Notes: generated by a model from the sequence alone, not told the origin. A stretch of 64,000 bases of DNA from Daphnia carinata (GCF_022539665.2 NC_081333.1:6510001-6574000); one strand, 5' to 3'. Shown: positions 42,094-54,289, counted from the stretch's first letter. A program made the numbers and translations.

Positions 42094-42939
42094 GTATTCG
42101 CATTGTTTTTCTCATCCGATCAGGAGCTGGCTAAAAATAAGGCTGCCAAGCCCCGATCGTAAGCCTCCATAACATTGTTTTGTTACTCCCTTAGCCAGAT
42201 ATTTACTAGCCTATTACAATTGTTTCATGGTACTTTTACACATTCACATTTCAGTAGTTAGTTATGCAGGAAAAACATGAATTGTAGCTTATGGGTCAGG
42301 CGTTCAACTACGACAACTATGACCTGCGAACTTCTCCAATTTTCACTAGTTGAAAATACCAGCGAATGCAGAAAGCTTCTAGCTAGGCCTTCGGTTAGAA
42401 GTATTCATTTCATTATTAGAAATCTACCAATAAAGCCTATGCAAAGCTCGGTATCGATGCATTCCTTTTTACAAGTTCAAGCTTGGATGTTTCTTTCGTC
42501 AGATAAATGAGCTTTCTAGCAAGGATTTAGCAATTTACAGCTCCCTCGTACACCCCAACAGAATCCGCCTAATTTCCCAAAATCTTTCAAATCGCAAAGA
42601 ATAAACTTCTAGGGTGTTTACCGTCCAAACATTAAACAACATCCGACTGAGTATATTCAGCCTCAGTCTAAGCAAATACTTCGATTTGATCGAGAAAAAT
42701 TATAATATATTTTCACAGTAAGACATTGGTTACCGCAAATTCCATTCAGTCTAGGACATTGTTTTGTACGAAAAATCATTTTCGTGATCTAGGCTCATTA
42801 ATAAGGTAAGTAGTATAAGCGATTATACTATACCTTATTATAATTATTAGAAAACTTTAAACAACTCAACGACAACCGAATGAACACTTTACTGTTTTGA
42901 AGCGAAGTATCGATAAATAGTAAAAAAAAAGCGTATAAA

Positions 42940-44418
42940 CTAATCGTTGGGAAAAGATGGCTGAACTGGGCCATTACACCGATCGCTGACAATACTAGGG
43001 AGATCGGTAGCATTTTGTTGGAGAAATGAATGTTCATCCATTTCGCTTCCTTGATTACGCGAATTATCCATATCGACAAGATTTTCTGGCGAATGCGCTT
43101 CAATTTGGATAACACCATCCACATGGCCACCACAATTTCGAAGAATTTCGTTCTCCTTTTGAACTGCAACTAGTTGATCCCGTGTTTGGCGTAGTTGCTG
43201 CTGTAAGAAATAGATTGTTGACTGCATGCCTTCAACGTCTTCATCTAATTCCAATAAGAATTCATCTAATTCTGTATAAGACAAACGGACGAAATATTTA
43301 TTTATGGTCGTAAAAAAACCGTCGATCAATCAAAAATTAGGTACATTATAATACAGCGAAAGAATGTGGGTTTGTTTTTCGAAAAATGTACTACTACAAA
43401 TGTAGAATGAGTTTATTTTTACAGTGCTCTTACCTTAAGCATGCCTTATTACTCAAGCTGGGAATGAAAACTAAATGAAGCATAGGAACATAAAATACCA
43501 TTTACCTGACTGGGATTTCTTCATTTCTTCACTAAAATTTCGCTGCAGTGCTAGATCACCTTCAAGCTTTGCCAGTCTGCCAGAGGATATCATTCTTCCC
43601 AATTCTTCATTTTCTTGGTAAAGGAGTCTGCATTTTGCCATTAATCGTTTTCCTGTATTGCTGTAATTTTCCAAGAGATGTTCTTGTTTTAGGGCATATT
43701 GCATGAGAAGATAGTAAAGTTATTCTGTTACGTATATATAGAAAAGAAAGAAAGATAAATGAGGGGGGAACAACCTGTCTGGAGTAAACTTCCATGCACT
43801 GAGTTCATTTTGGGTCTCCTCCAGTGCTGATTTGGACTTATCAAGCTCCCCCCGAAGATGTTGAATTAGTACATTGACTGCAGGGTCTAACAGAGAAGAC
43901 CTCAAGGATGTTGAGCTACCAGCTTGCAATGCTTTCAGTTCATGAATTTGGACCTATTTTTGCAAAATTATTGTGGTGTTGAGGAAATCATCCATACTAT
44001 CCATGACTTTTCCAGATAATGAGCAATTAATGGAAATAATTTTTTTGCTTGGTTTACAAATACTCACTATTAGATCCTGAATTTCTTGCTCTTTAGTGTT
44101 CAAACGCATTAAAAGAAAACTTTCTCTGCGACCACATTCAGAAGAAATTGAATGTTTCAGTTTTTCTTCAAATTCCCGAACTGGAGCCGAAGCTGATTAA
44201 TAATTACAATTAGTAAGTGTCTAATGCTTCTCACTTGCAAATGAGAAAGGGGCACTAAGAAACTAACCAATTTGTGCAGAGGACAGTTGTGACTCTAGCC
44301 AAGTAATGTAACATTCTTGCTTTGTCCAATGCTGGAGGAACTGGGACTTGTCAAGATTAGCTAGTTCTTCTTCATTCAATAACACTCTAGTGGGAACGTC
44401 TCGCTCTACCTCCCCCAT
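42940..44418 (-). CDS. fl(2)d: Pre-mRNA splicing regulator / m6A writer complex subunit fl(2)d (WTAP), 5 coding exons, about 313 aa
   Basis: Minus-strand exons 44418-44268, 44192-44068, 43953-43775, 43660-43506, 43271-42940, all GT-AG and phase-consistent. WTAP hallmarks: RRESFLLMRLNTKEQE, LLDPAVN, LEETQNELSAWKFTPDSNTGKRLMAKCRLLYQENEELG, ELDEFLLELDEDVEGMQSTIYFLQQQL. Confidence 0.97.
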
Positions 44419-45056
44419 TGTCGGAATGTTCTTTGAGAAAATTCAATAACAAATTGTAACAGCTGAAAATCCTCTTATTCTAACACTTATTCTAATGCGA
44501 TTTGAAACTACCTACAGAACAGTAAAGCAAAGCATAGACGACACTGTTTATATGGTATACTTGAAGCGTTATAGCGTGAAAATCATCGTGGAAATGGGCG
44601 GAGTCATGGTTACCCACCGCAGAAATTGCCACCGAGTAGGGTTGGGTAAGCCGTAGAAGGAAACCGATGAATTCGCGGAATAGACCAGTTCCGGATGCTA
44701 CGTCGCAAACTTCTGAATTGTGTCTCTAAAAATGTATTTTTTAAAACATAGGTGGGGTAGTACCGAAAAAAATTTGAATTTATTTAATGCACTAATACTT
44801 AGTCCAATAAATAAATGTTCTGGAATACTAAAGTTTAAGATATTCTACGTCTTATACAATATTTAAATATTAAATTGCATTGGGTTTCCTAAGGAAAATA
44901 ATTCAAATCAAAGCATATGGTGCTGTTTAATCGATTTTTGTTTCTTTTTGTGATCTGTCAGCGACATTTTTGAATTTGTTCTGTACGAAAAAGTAGAAGC
45001 ACGACGTACGACCAGACGACCGCCAACTACCCTACTGCTTTCCTGTCTATATATAG

Positions 45057-46051
45057 TCTAAATGGCGGAATAGATGGGCGGAACGGATGATTGAATGTTT
45101 ATGTATCAGTAACAACTAAATAAATGCACTGCATGAAGAAAGAAATGAAATTTTTAGCCTTTTAATTGATATAACTATAACAGGCCTACTTGTTAACTAT
45201 CCATACATGTATTGCTATATCTAATTGTATAAAATACATAATATGTAATAATTACTGTATCTACAGTATAAATTATAAAAAAATTATGGCCTAGATTAAA
45301 GCCGAGTTCCCATACCGAATTATGCATTGCTGAAATGCATGATAGAGAAAGTGATTGTTTGAATTTTTATGATGCCGTGTCAAACCAACAGGATGGATTT
45401 AAGTGTTGGCCCTTAGGCACAATGTTCGCAACCACCCTTGCATTTAATGTCAACCCATCGGAGGGTAGACTTAACAAGGGTCAAATGAGAAAGTACTTCA
45501 TGAACTGTATTTTGTCAGGAAAAATGGAACTGTTTTCAGCCATGCCTGTCTTTCGTAGAAATTCAAAGTGGCGACGAAACACGCAATGGACATTCTAAGT
45601 TCATTGCGTGTGTAGAATGCCATTCGACGATCAGAACTATGGTATGCCTAAAAGGTTTAGAACCGCAATGAGCTGTGTTAATTGTAAGGGTTTGTATCAT
45701 CCAAAATGAAAACTATTCCAGCTCAAGTTTTGAACGAGAAACGTGCAATGTGGCGGTGCTCAAAGCGGACGGATTAGTGCAAAATGTATAAGATCCTAAT
45801 GTATTTGCCCGGAAATGCATTTTGTCGAGAAAAATATTGAATGTTTTTTATCCAAAAAAAAGCATAAATAATTGCTGATCAACTCATGTTTCATAATGGA
45901 GTACATATTTCTATATAAGTCGTTAAATACCGGTTCTAGTATAAATGGTGTAGCCATTCCGCCAATTAGGCGTACTCCACCGTCATATTTTGAAGCTCGT
46001 TCCGCTTTAAATTCCGCTATTTAGATTCCACTTCCGCCGATTAGGAATACC
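45057..46051 (+). mobile_element. Decayed DNA-transposon relic carrying an Ulp1-like protease tail and a PHD finger
   Basis: QQDGFKC..GTMFA..LA.NVNP....QMRKYF.NC (45335-45598), then HCVCRMP...CVNCKGLYHPK*...WRCSK (45602-45765). Inverted repeats TCTAAATGGCGGAAT (45057-45071) / ATTCCGCTATTTAGA (46011-46025), plus GCGGAACG / CGTTCCGC. Confidence 0.6.
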
Positions 46052-46110
46052 CAACGATATTGTATTTACAGCCGTTTTTTTACTGTTCTTTTTTAAACAA
46101 TTGTAGACAA

Positions 46111-46842
46111 ATGAATAAAAAATATTTGTGTATTGAATGTGGAGCCAAAAGCGTAGCCTTGTTTCAAGTATTCAGTGAAAATGCATTAACTTTGCAGACA
46201 TGTGTAGGTTATTGTTTGTGTCATTTCTACTTAAGTTGCAAAATATTTTGCTTAACGATTTTGCTTATTACAGTCTAACTGTAGTAAGGTCATTGACAAG
46301 TATGTCGAATATGACTTTACAGTTATATTTATTGACATATTATTGCTAAAGTTCTCTGCCTACCGACATGTGTTGTACAACTCAAATACCAAGGTAATCA
46401 ATATAATTAAAATAAGTTAATTTAATTTAATTTAAAGAATAAATTGCATTCAGACACATCTGTCACGTCTTCTGGCACTTACACTGCTTTCATTTAGCTA
46501 TGTTGAGTGGGTATATCACAAAGGCCAAATTGAACACAGATCTGAATTTGTTCTTTATGAACTAGAATGGAGCTTTTATGTCATGATTGGAGAAGAACTA
46601 ATTAGTAAGTACATCATTCTGGTCTTTAAGTTAAAATAAATTTACGTATTTTGAAGCTGTTCAACATGCTTCTTGTTATGTTGGCAGGAGCTGCTTTGTT
46701 TTCCCTTACATTCATATTACTTGGATTCATGTGTTCAACTATGTGTGTCCACCGGGAAACATTTTCTTGGACACACATACTTTGTGGGATGGCCATGAGC
46801 TACTGTTGGTATGGAAAACTAGTTTTTAAAATAGTTAAATAA
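46111..46842 (+). CDS. ARV1: ARV1 (ER lipid/GPI-related membrane protein), 5' four exons, probably 3'-truncated
   Basis: Exons 46111-46203 (MNKKYLCIECG...LQTC), 46274-46393 (SNCSKVIDKYVEYDFTVIFIDILLLKFSAYRHVLYN), 46454-46604, 46688 onward (RAALFSLTFILLGF...SYCWYGKL). The zinc-binding CxxC/CxxC and DKYVE...AYRH motifs match the Arv1 homology domain. Read-through gives only 172 aa, and no downstream exon was found. Confidence 0.88.
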
Positions 46843-47151
46843 TGTTTCTGAATAGTGTGTTGTAGTTGCAAACTCCAAATAAGAACACATGGGGATGGAA
46901 CACCCATTGTATGATAAGAAGGAAAGGCAGAATAATAGAGTTAGAACGGAGATGCACGGTTACGATTATTTAAGATTATCGAGCCCCGTCGCATTGCTGA
47001 TGTACAATACCGATCGTGCTACCCAAACTATAGGGTCAAGCATAGCAAGTGAAAACTCGAGGCTTAAAAAAAACTAATTGATTTTACCATAACACCTTTT
47101 TTTGACAGAAAGCAGCCGCTTTTTAAAACAAGTTTTAATATAGTATTTGTA

Positions 47152-47200
47152 TAGTATTAGTATTAGTATTAGTATTAGTATTAGTATTAGTATTAGTATT
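47152..47200. repeat. (TAGTAT)n hexanucleotide microsatellite, about 8 units
   Basis: Directly visible. Confidence 0.95.
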
Positions 47201-50149
47201 AATTGAAAGGTCTGCGGTGACCTTCCAATTAACGGGAAACGCCGTTATAGTCGGAAGGTTGTTAAGAGACCTTTTATTGCACACTTAAGTTGTCTTATAG
47301 TCGCTACAGCCGAATAGTCATGTGATCAATGACGTTATACCCGTCAATTTCGATTTTTATTGTATTTCCTATATAACGTACTGTAAAATCCGAAAGTACG
47401 AGAAATACTTATAAGCACATCGGGCTGCAAATAAAAACTAACTTTCTTTCATTACTGTATGAGATTTCCTTTTAGTAAATCTCGCACTTGTTACCTAGAA
47501 TCGTTTTATTGCTAACAGACCACCAGGTTGAGCTCCATGTTTTATAGGTAACTAATAGTTGCATCTTCATGTTTCTATTTAAAGACCATTTGTGGGTTTT
47601 GGGTTTTTAGCGTTGCCAAATGCTTACTGTTACAAATTTTTAGCACAAATTAGTTGTATGGCGCAATTGCCACTTTGAACAGTTGGTTTTCCAGTAGGTT
47701 TCAAGTAATAACAGAATTCACCACCGTATGTACAGAGTCTGTTTGTAGTAGTAGATAATGGTCTAAATGACCATGTGTAGTGAAAATGGATTTCAATCTG
47801 GTAATGCAGTATGCCTAATGTAAAAGAATTTAAAACTAATGTAGGATAATAGGTTTTTTGTATCACAGGCACCTTGTTACGGTCCCTTCTTTGGTGTGGA
47901 ACCATTATTCAACTTACCGTCTTTTAAGCCAAATAGCACTGCTGATCAGTTGCAACCACACATTCCATGGTAGTATGAAGTGTACAGCGTAGTGATGCAT
48001 TTCATCGAACTTTATCATTTTAATTTCTTTTTTCAGTCTGTGTTTGTCGAAGCTATATGTTGTCTGCGATTACGGTTTTGGGCGCTTGGGGAGTTCAACA
48101 GGGTATCACGCAATGGCTTCACGTTTAAATGTGTGATAATGAAAAAGTATTTTCACCTCTATTTTCTATAGCAATTGAAATGTTCCCTTATTTAGAATTC
48201 ACAGAGTAGAATAAACAATATGGAGAGTAACGTACCTTCTGATAAGCGACGCTTCAGAGAGTCGAAATTTTCTATATGAACATCTATGTTTGCGAGAAAA
48301 AAACCTGCACACTTATGTGACTGATTAATAGAAATTATTTAAATGACACAGATGTATAAAAAATCTTAAAGGTCGACAATCGACAGCTTCTGTTAAAACT
48401 GGCATGGACTGGAAAACATATTCTAGTGCATTTTCGGAAAGCCTGATAATATTTTCCATTTCTTGAAACCATCAGCCAGCGTCTTTTGTTCGCTGGAGCC
48501 CTAGTAGCCTTCTACCGTCACAAGTATATCCCAGCTAGGTCCTAAATACAATTCTCACTAAGGGTTACGGGTAGGTAATAATAGTTTTTATTTATGCTTA
48601 GCGACAATAAACCTATTACACACCATAATTTGTAGGTATACTAATGTGTGAGATATTTGGTATGATTTATAAATTTTATTATCTTGCGTTTATTATGTAT
48701 GTTCCTTACTGTATCTTATAATACATAAACACTCTACCATTTTAAATTCAATTATTGTTTATTTTAATTTGAATAAAGAAACAAATACACGGTGTTTTTC
48801 ACAAATGGCTAACAAAGCTGTATTCAGCGTCCCATGGATGTGAAAACGTTGTACGTTTCCGAACACGCATAATGTGCACGCATAATAAGCCTATTCGCTT
48901 ATACTTGTACCAACGATGTTCTAAATTTTATGCCCATAGAACATCCAAACCGTCTCGAAAGATGACGGAGGTATTGTAGCTAGGAGCCACGAAGCGTGCT
49001 TAGTAGGTCCCCATGACAAGTTGTGTTACTATAGGAGTAGTTTACCGGCAAATGTCACCGTTTGTTCCACTTGATATTTTAAGAACAGGACACGATGTGA
49101 ATCAGTCGATAGCATTTTCATTTGGTGAGGAAAAAATGGTTAAGATGGCTACAAAATGCGAACGCAAAAACGACCTGCATTTACTGAAATGGTAATAAAA
49201 GAAAGTGAATAAATGTTTAATTGAAGGAAATTAATGTATTTTCCACAGTTCGTTATTCCCACACAGCAGCGTACAAATTCAAGGGGCCATCGAACATCAC
49301 GAATCTACAATCAATTCTTCCCAATCTGGTAGACAAACAGTTTTATGCTCAAATGCTCCGAGTGCTTTCATATTTCCGCTTTTTTCTTCTGCATTTACCT
49401 CAACTGATATTAGATCCTATTCAAGAAGAAAATACTAAAAAAGACTATGATTTCGAAAATCGTAGATCTGAATATTGTTTTAATCGACGCACTTGTAGAT
49501 AGGAAACTTATCTTGCACTAGCCGTGATGAATGAATGTTCTCCCATTTGTAAAGTTATTTTCCACGATTTATGTACACGAAGAGTCCCTAATCGGCCTTC
49601 CCGAATATCTTCGAAGACAATTTATTTTTCAGCCTTTGTTTTGACGATGGTTTGATCATTGACTTTTTCTTAAACCGCTGTTTCAGGTTCAATTTTTACT
49701 TGAGGATGCTCTTTTTTCCGCTTTCAGGCTGGGCAGTCTATCCGGCAACTGAAAACCTCAGACGGTCCTAGAATTACCTCTCTTGGCAAAATCGCCATCT
49801 CAGCGTCATTAGATATGTCGTACAGATGTCGATACCTGAATAAACAATGTGTTTCCGTCGTTCTCGAAAATATCTTCACCCGTGGCTTAAAAATGTTTCA
49901 GACGTCGTTCGTAAGTAGATGCTTTAGGAACCGGGATCGGTTTGCTGTGGCTTTTCTTTTGCTTTATTAATGAAGGTTATGCCATAAAGAGGAGCAGTGC
50001 CGCAAGCTAACTATCATGAATGTTGCATACTTGCAAAATATCCTTCTACTGTGATCGGTTGTTGATTTTCTGATCATGCTTTCCGTTTCTCCCTTCAGAT
50101 TTGCATCTTGACAGAAAATGATAAGAAAAAAATATCAAAATGGCTACTT

Positions 50150-51330
50150 CTCATTAAGGCAAACAACTCTAAGGCATTGGAAAACAATACCTAAGCCAGT
50201 ACGCTGAAGGAGCTCCAGCGATTCATCTTCAAATTCAAGTTGATCTTCTAATTCATCGGGTAGCACATCGTCTAGCTCTGAAAACGGCAGACAGCGCAAC
50301 AAGAAATTTACTCTGTCTTCAGCTAAAATCGTCTTCCGTAGCAAAATGGGTAGGGCGGAGCTCAACATCGCATGATGCAAAGGTGGCAATTGAAGCCTTT
50401 AGATCGAAGTTGAGAGAAAGATTTGTTCGAAAATCCTGTTTTGGATGAATCTCTCTACTTGAAACTGAAAGCGGTCAGACGATCACAGGCTTCCAAGGCA
50501 AACACGACACAACAGAAAAATCGTCCGAAAACTTGCTTTTAAAATTTTGGATCTGGCCAAGCCTTTACTTTTCTTATTTAAGCGATGCCACCAAAAGATG
50601 AAGACACGAAACCTCGCCAGAGCAATTCGCATCGCAATGAAACTGTGGGGAGCTCTATACTGAGAATTTTTGTATTCCCGCCGGCTTAATATTGTTGTAG
50701 TTTGCTTCATTTAGGCACACAATTACACAGGGACATTACACAAAACACAGACATACAAAATATCAAATGACATAATACATACACAAATACTATATACAAC
50801 AATACAATCGCGAAGGGAAGCCAGCTTTCCAGCAAAGCTCCTTCTTAAAGGACTTACACGAGGGCGGCCAGCCAACGGCAGAGCCCCCTCTTAACGTCCT
50901 GTCGGATCTTGGGCCAAATCCCGAGTCCCAGACTGAATAAAACAGAGGCCAGAGGTCGACTAGGTTCGACATGACCTCTAGGGGTGGAAGGGTGACAAAC
51001 ATGGTTATGACGTCAAACACAAGATGGCAGCACAAATCAAAATACAACAGACGAAAGAAGGCAATAGTTGTAACAATATGCTTTCCCAGATTTATCCTGA
51101 ATACGACAGCCTGTTAGACCAGAAGAAAATTTTTAAGTGGTGGAAAGAATTTATTCGGAACCAAATTTATGGAACGTTTGGTAGCTGAAGCCAAGGCACA
51201 GTCTACGCTTAACGAGATCAGCCCAATAGGATCATCGGCCACACAAGGATGAACGAAGGAGCTTCAACCAGTAGAGCAGCACAACCCCCATCAAACTTCC
51301 GCCCGAGAACAATTCCACTGAGCGGTATGA
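50150..51330 (+). pseudogene. DIRS ORF1/gag-like remnant, split by a solo LTR
   Basis: Ser-rich stretch, then PVLDESLYLKLKAV..ASKAN, KILDLAKPLLFL, and SRRLN/MLSQIYPEY...LFGTKFMERLVAEAKAQ, which rejoins in frame once the 50693-51075 insert and one TSD copy are removed. Confidence 0.7.
50693..51075. mobile_element. Solo LTR (383 bp) with 4-bp TSD, Gypsy-like
   Basis: TGTT...AACA inverted termini, flanked by ATAT (50689-50692 and 51076-51079). Removal restores the DIRS gag frame. Confidence 0.85.
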
Positions 51331-51375
51331 AACGTGTCATTTAGCTTTCTCGTTGGCCTTTGGTACTAAAGTTGA

Positions 51376-51753
51376 TGTCGATAATTTGTTATCGACAGCG
51401 TGAATAAGACATTAAAACTTTAAGGTTCCTACTCTGTGTAATTCTCCTATTTTCACTAGGAATAAGATAGAGCCAGATGATAGATTGATGCACAAACACA
51501 AAGTGAGTTTAGAGAGAAAGGGAGAATCGTCACCTGGTGACGGCCGATTTGTCAGACTAACTGACCATCAACCGGGTAGCGCTAACCAAGACGAGAGAAA
51601 CAAAAGAAGAGCGAGTTTGACAGCGTGGTTTTGGGGTGGCAAATTAGGGTGGACGCCAATTACGGGTGGAAGAATGGAAAGGGTGAAAAGAGTGTGAAGG
51701 GTTGATAACTAAAGGAAAAACAAGTGGAGAAATATATAAGATATTTTCTGACA
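51376..51753. mobile_element. Solo LTR (378 bp) with 5-bp TSD, BEL/Pao- or Copia-like
   Basis: TGTC...GACA inverted termini, flanked by GTTGA (51371-51375 and 51754-51758). It sits at the start of DIRS pol. Confidence 0.82.
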
Positions 51754-51759
51754 GTTGAT

Positions 51760-52330
51760 GCTTGGATGGTGGTTACTAGGGAGCCATGGCTTTTGTAAAC
51801 CATAGCTACGGGCCTTAAATTGGAATTCCCAAATTTCGCCCACATTAACTTAAGAGGATTAAATAAATTTTTGGTTTCGTGGCATTTTAAAATGGAAGGG
51901 ATTGATACATTACGTTACATTGTCGGAATGGGGGGTTGGTTAACAAATCTTGACCTTAAGATGCGTGCTTAAGCGTTCCCCTTCCTCCGGACTTCAGAAA
52001 AATTTTGTGTTTCAAATGGGAAGAAAAGTATTTTGAATTTGTTAGCATGCATTTCGGTTTGGCCTCCGCATCCCGAGCTTTCACAAAATTGCTAAAGCCC
52101 GTTGTTGCATTTCGTAGACGGACGGAAATTAAAGTGGTCATATACGTAGACGACATTTTCATACAGCATTCGTCAAAGAAAAGAGCAAGGGAAGGAGTGA
52201 ACAAAGTTAGGTAACTGTCAGAATCCTTGGATTTTGTAGTAAGAGGGAAGAAATAAGTTGAAGAGCCCTGTCAATTTATAGAGTACATGGGTTTGATCAT
52301 TCATTCCCTACCTGTCATTCTCACTCACAG
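51760..52330 (+). pseudogene. DIRS reverse transcriptase remnant
   Basis: WMVVTREPWLL..GLKLEF, FRPHINLRGLNKF..HFKMEG, WLTNLDLK (frameshift), FKWEEKYFEFVSMHFGLASASRAFTKLLKPVVA, VIYVDDIF. Confidence 0.92.
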
Positions 52331-52599
52331 AACAGAAGTCTGAGGGCATTCAGGGTCTACGTAAAACGGATCGCAGATCAGGGCAAATTTCGTTAAGGGA
52401 AATTGCAATTCGGTAATTTTAACAGAGCAAAGCGTTTGTTTCGCCCAAGCCCATTACAGAAATATCCAAGCTCTATATAATTGGAATTTTAAAAGCACCA
52501 AGGGAAATCTAAATTACCGTGTGCCCCTTAGTCGGGGAGGCAAAGAAAACTTGATTTGGGTGGTACCTAAAGGCAAATTCTTTTATGAAAAACCAATAT

Positions 52600-53000
52600 C
52601 ACCGGCCAGCCCCACCCTTACCATTTTCTCCGATACATCCAAATCTGGATGGATTGTGGTGTGTAAAAACGTTAAAAACGGGCGGCCCTTGGACTTTGAG
52701 GGAAATTGAGCGTCATATAAACGAGTTGGAACTTTTGGCCGCACTGAAAGGCTTAGAATGCTTTACGTCATACGTCCGCGCAACAGGGGTGGAATTGAGG
52801 TTGGGCAACATTTCGGCGATTAGCTACATAAACTGTTTGGGGGCTGCAAATCGACCGCATTATGTTCGGTGGTACTGCGTATCGCCCCTTGGTGCGAATA
52901 AAAAAACTTGAATTCCATGCAACTTTTCTCCCTGGCGCAGCTAATGTTTTGGCAGATATAGAATCTAGGAGGCCGTTGGAGGCTGGAGACTGGAAGCTAT
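52600..53000 (+). pseudogene. DIRS RNase H remnant
   Basis: TIFSDTSKSGW, GGPWT..E...HINELELLAA, GNISAISYIN, FLPGAANVLADIESR across frameshifts. Confidence 0.88.
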
Positions 53001-53029
53001 CAACAGAGGCATTAATTCCCTGAGATTGG

Positions 53030-53330
53030 AGCATGGTGGTCGATCTATTTGCCAGCAACTCGAACCACCAATGAGTCACATTTTTGATTTGGTTTCCGTA
53101 ACCGAATGCCTGGAAGACAGACGCATTATCGATGAACTGGCGGAGTTTAGAGGGATATGCCTTCCCTCTGTTCGGTCTGATCCCTATGTGCATCTCGGAG
53201 ATAATCAAGGACCAAGCTTCAGTGGTGCTGGTTACCACGTATTGGCCGAGCCAAGCCTGGTTTCCTACCCTGCTGGAGCTTGCTCCAGTCTTAGTTTTTC
53301 CAACAACTACCAGTAAAATTTGGGGGAGAA
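53030..53330 (+). pseudogene. DIRS-associated Dam-like DNA N6-adenine methyltransferase domain remnant
   Basis: VDLFASNSNHQ* at 53039, then DALSMNWRSLEGYAFPLFGLI...LVTTYWPSQAWFPTL. This matches the DLFA / YAFPP / WP.Q.WFP pattern that follows RNase H in DIRS1-like elements. Confidence 0.82.
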
Positions 53331-53384
53331 TCATCCCTTAACGTCGAACGGCTCGATATGGCTAATCGTATGGAGACTCTCCGG

Positions 53385-53835
53385 AATTGCTTCCGAGTCT
53401 TCCGCCAGAAGTTGTTGAAATTCTGTTGGCAGCAACACGTGACAATTCACACGCTATTAGTCAACATGGAGTGCATGGCGTGATTGGTGTCACCAAGGGG
53501 ATGTTGATCCCTTGTAGGTTGCGTAATTGAAGTCCTTAAATTCCTGACGGATTCTTTAAAACAGGGTAAGAGTTACTGCTCGATCAATATTTATCGTTCG
53601 GTGCTGTCGTCGACTCTCAAGCTAGCCCTCTCCGATTCGTTGGAGGTGGGCAAACACCATTTAGTAATCTGTCTCCTTAAAGGAATGCAAAACACTCGAC
53701 AGCCACTTCCGAAATATACCCACACCTAGGATCCGGCAATGGAGTTAGACCATTTTAAGGCTACAGCAACTAAAGTCCTATCGACTCTTATGCTGGCGCG
53801 TAAGCTTGTGACGCTGTTGGTACTCACAACACGAT
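53385..53835 (+). pseudogene. DIRS tyrosine recombinase, N-terminal part only
   Basis: LPPEVVEILLAA, WSAWRDWC, VLKFL...GKSYCSINIYRSVLSSTL, VGKHHLVICLLKGMQNTRQPLPKY, LARKLVTLLVLTTR. Similarity ends abruptly near 53835. Confidence 0.8.
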
Positions 53836-54289
53836 TCTTGACTCATTGATTCTGGTGTTATTTGCTTGAATTGACATTTTTGGGAAAGAATACTAATTAA
53901 GTGGTAAATATTGCAACTTGGGTGTTCAGTCGTCCTTTTCCAGTTCAGCAGTCGACCCTACACTTCCTCTGTCTGCATCAACAGATGATGAACTACTCAA
54001 TTTGAGACCAAAATCAGACTCTCCTTCACCAGAGATTGATCCAGTGATCTTAACAGATAACGATGACACAAATTGGATACATAATATCTTAGACAAACAC
54101 GAGTAATAGAAAAAATACTTGAATCAATTCTGGTTTCCTCTTCCTCAATCGTCATCTCGTCTCCCCTGTCCTTTACCGTTGCTCAGAGATCCGGATTTAT
54201 CTATTTATATTTATTTTTGAAGATTTATCATCATTCAACGAAGTTTCTTGTGCCTTTTCACGTCAAGCAGGAATGGTTGGTTGGCATTC

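Larger units (their letters stand above)
50150..53835 (+). mobile_element. Decayed DIRS-type (tyrosine recombinase) retrotransposon
   Basis: Ordered remnants with stops and frameshifts: gag-like, RT, RNase H, Dam-like methyltransferase, then the N-terminal part of the recombinase. Outer boundaries are approximate and terminal repeats were not recognised. Confidence 0.92.

Noticed and set aside
46858..47047. A 190-bp solo LTR with AGTG TSD whose removal restores ARV1
   Set aside because: The termini match poorly (TGTTG versus TAGCA), and excision does not yield ARV1-like sequence.
47200..50100. Further TE fragments between ARV1 and the DIRS element
   Set aside because: Likely repeat debris, but I could not identify any protein motif, TIR pair or TSD.
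42940..53330. m6A-writer subunit fl(2)d near a Dam-like adenine methyltransferase as a linked methylation system
   Set aside because: The methyltransferase is a broken standard domain of a DIRS element. Proximity in a eukaryotic genome gives no evidence of functional linkage.
51760..53835. RT + methyltransferase + recombinase as a retron, DGR or phage-like novel system
   Set aside because: Motifs and domain order match known DIRS1-like retrotransposons, and the context is an intron-containing animal genome.
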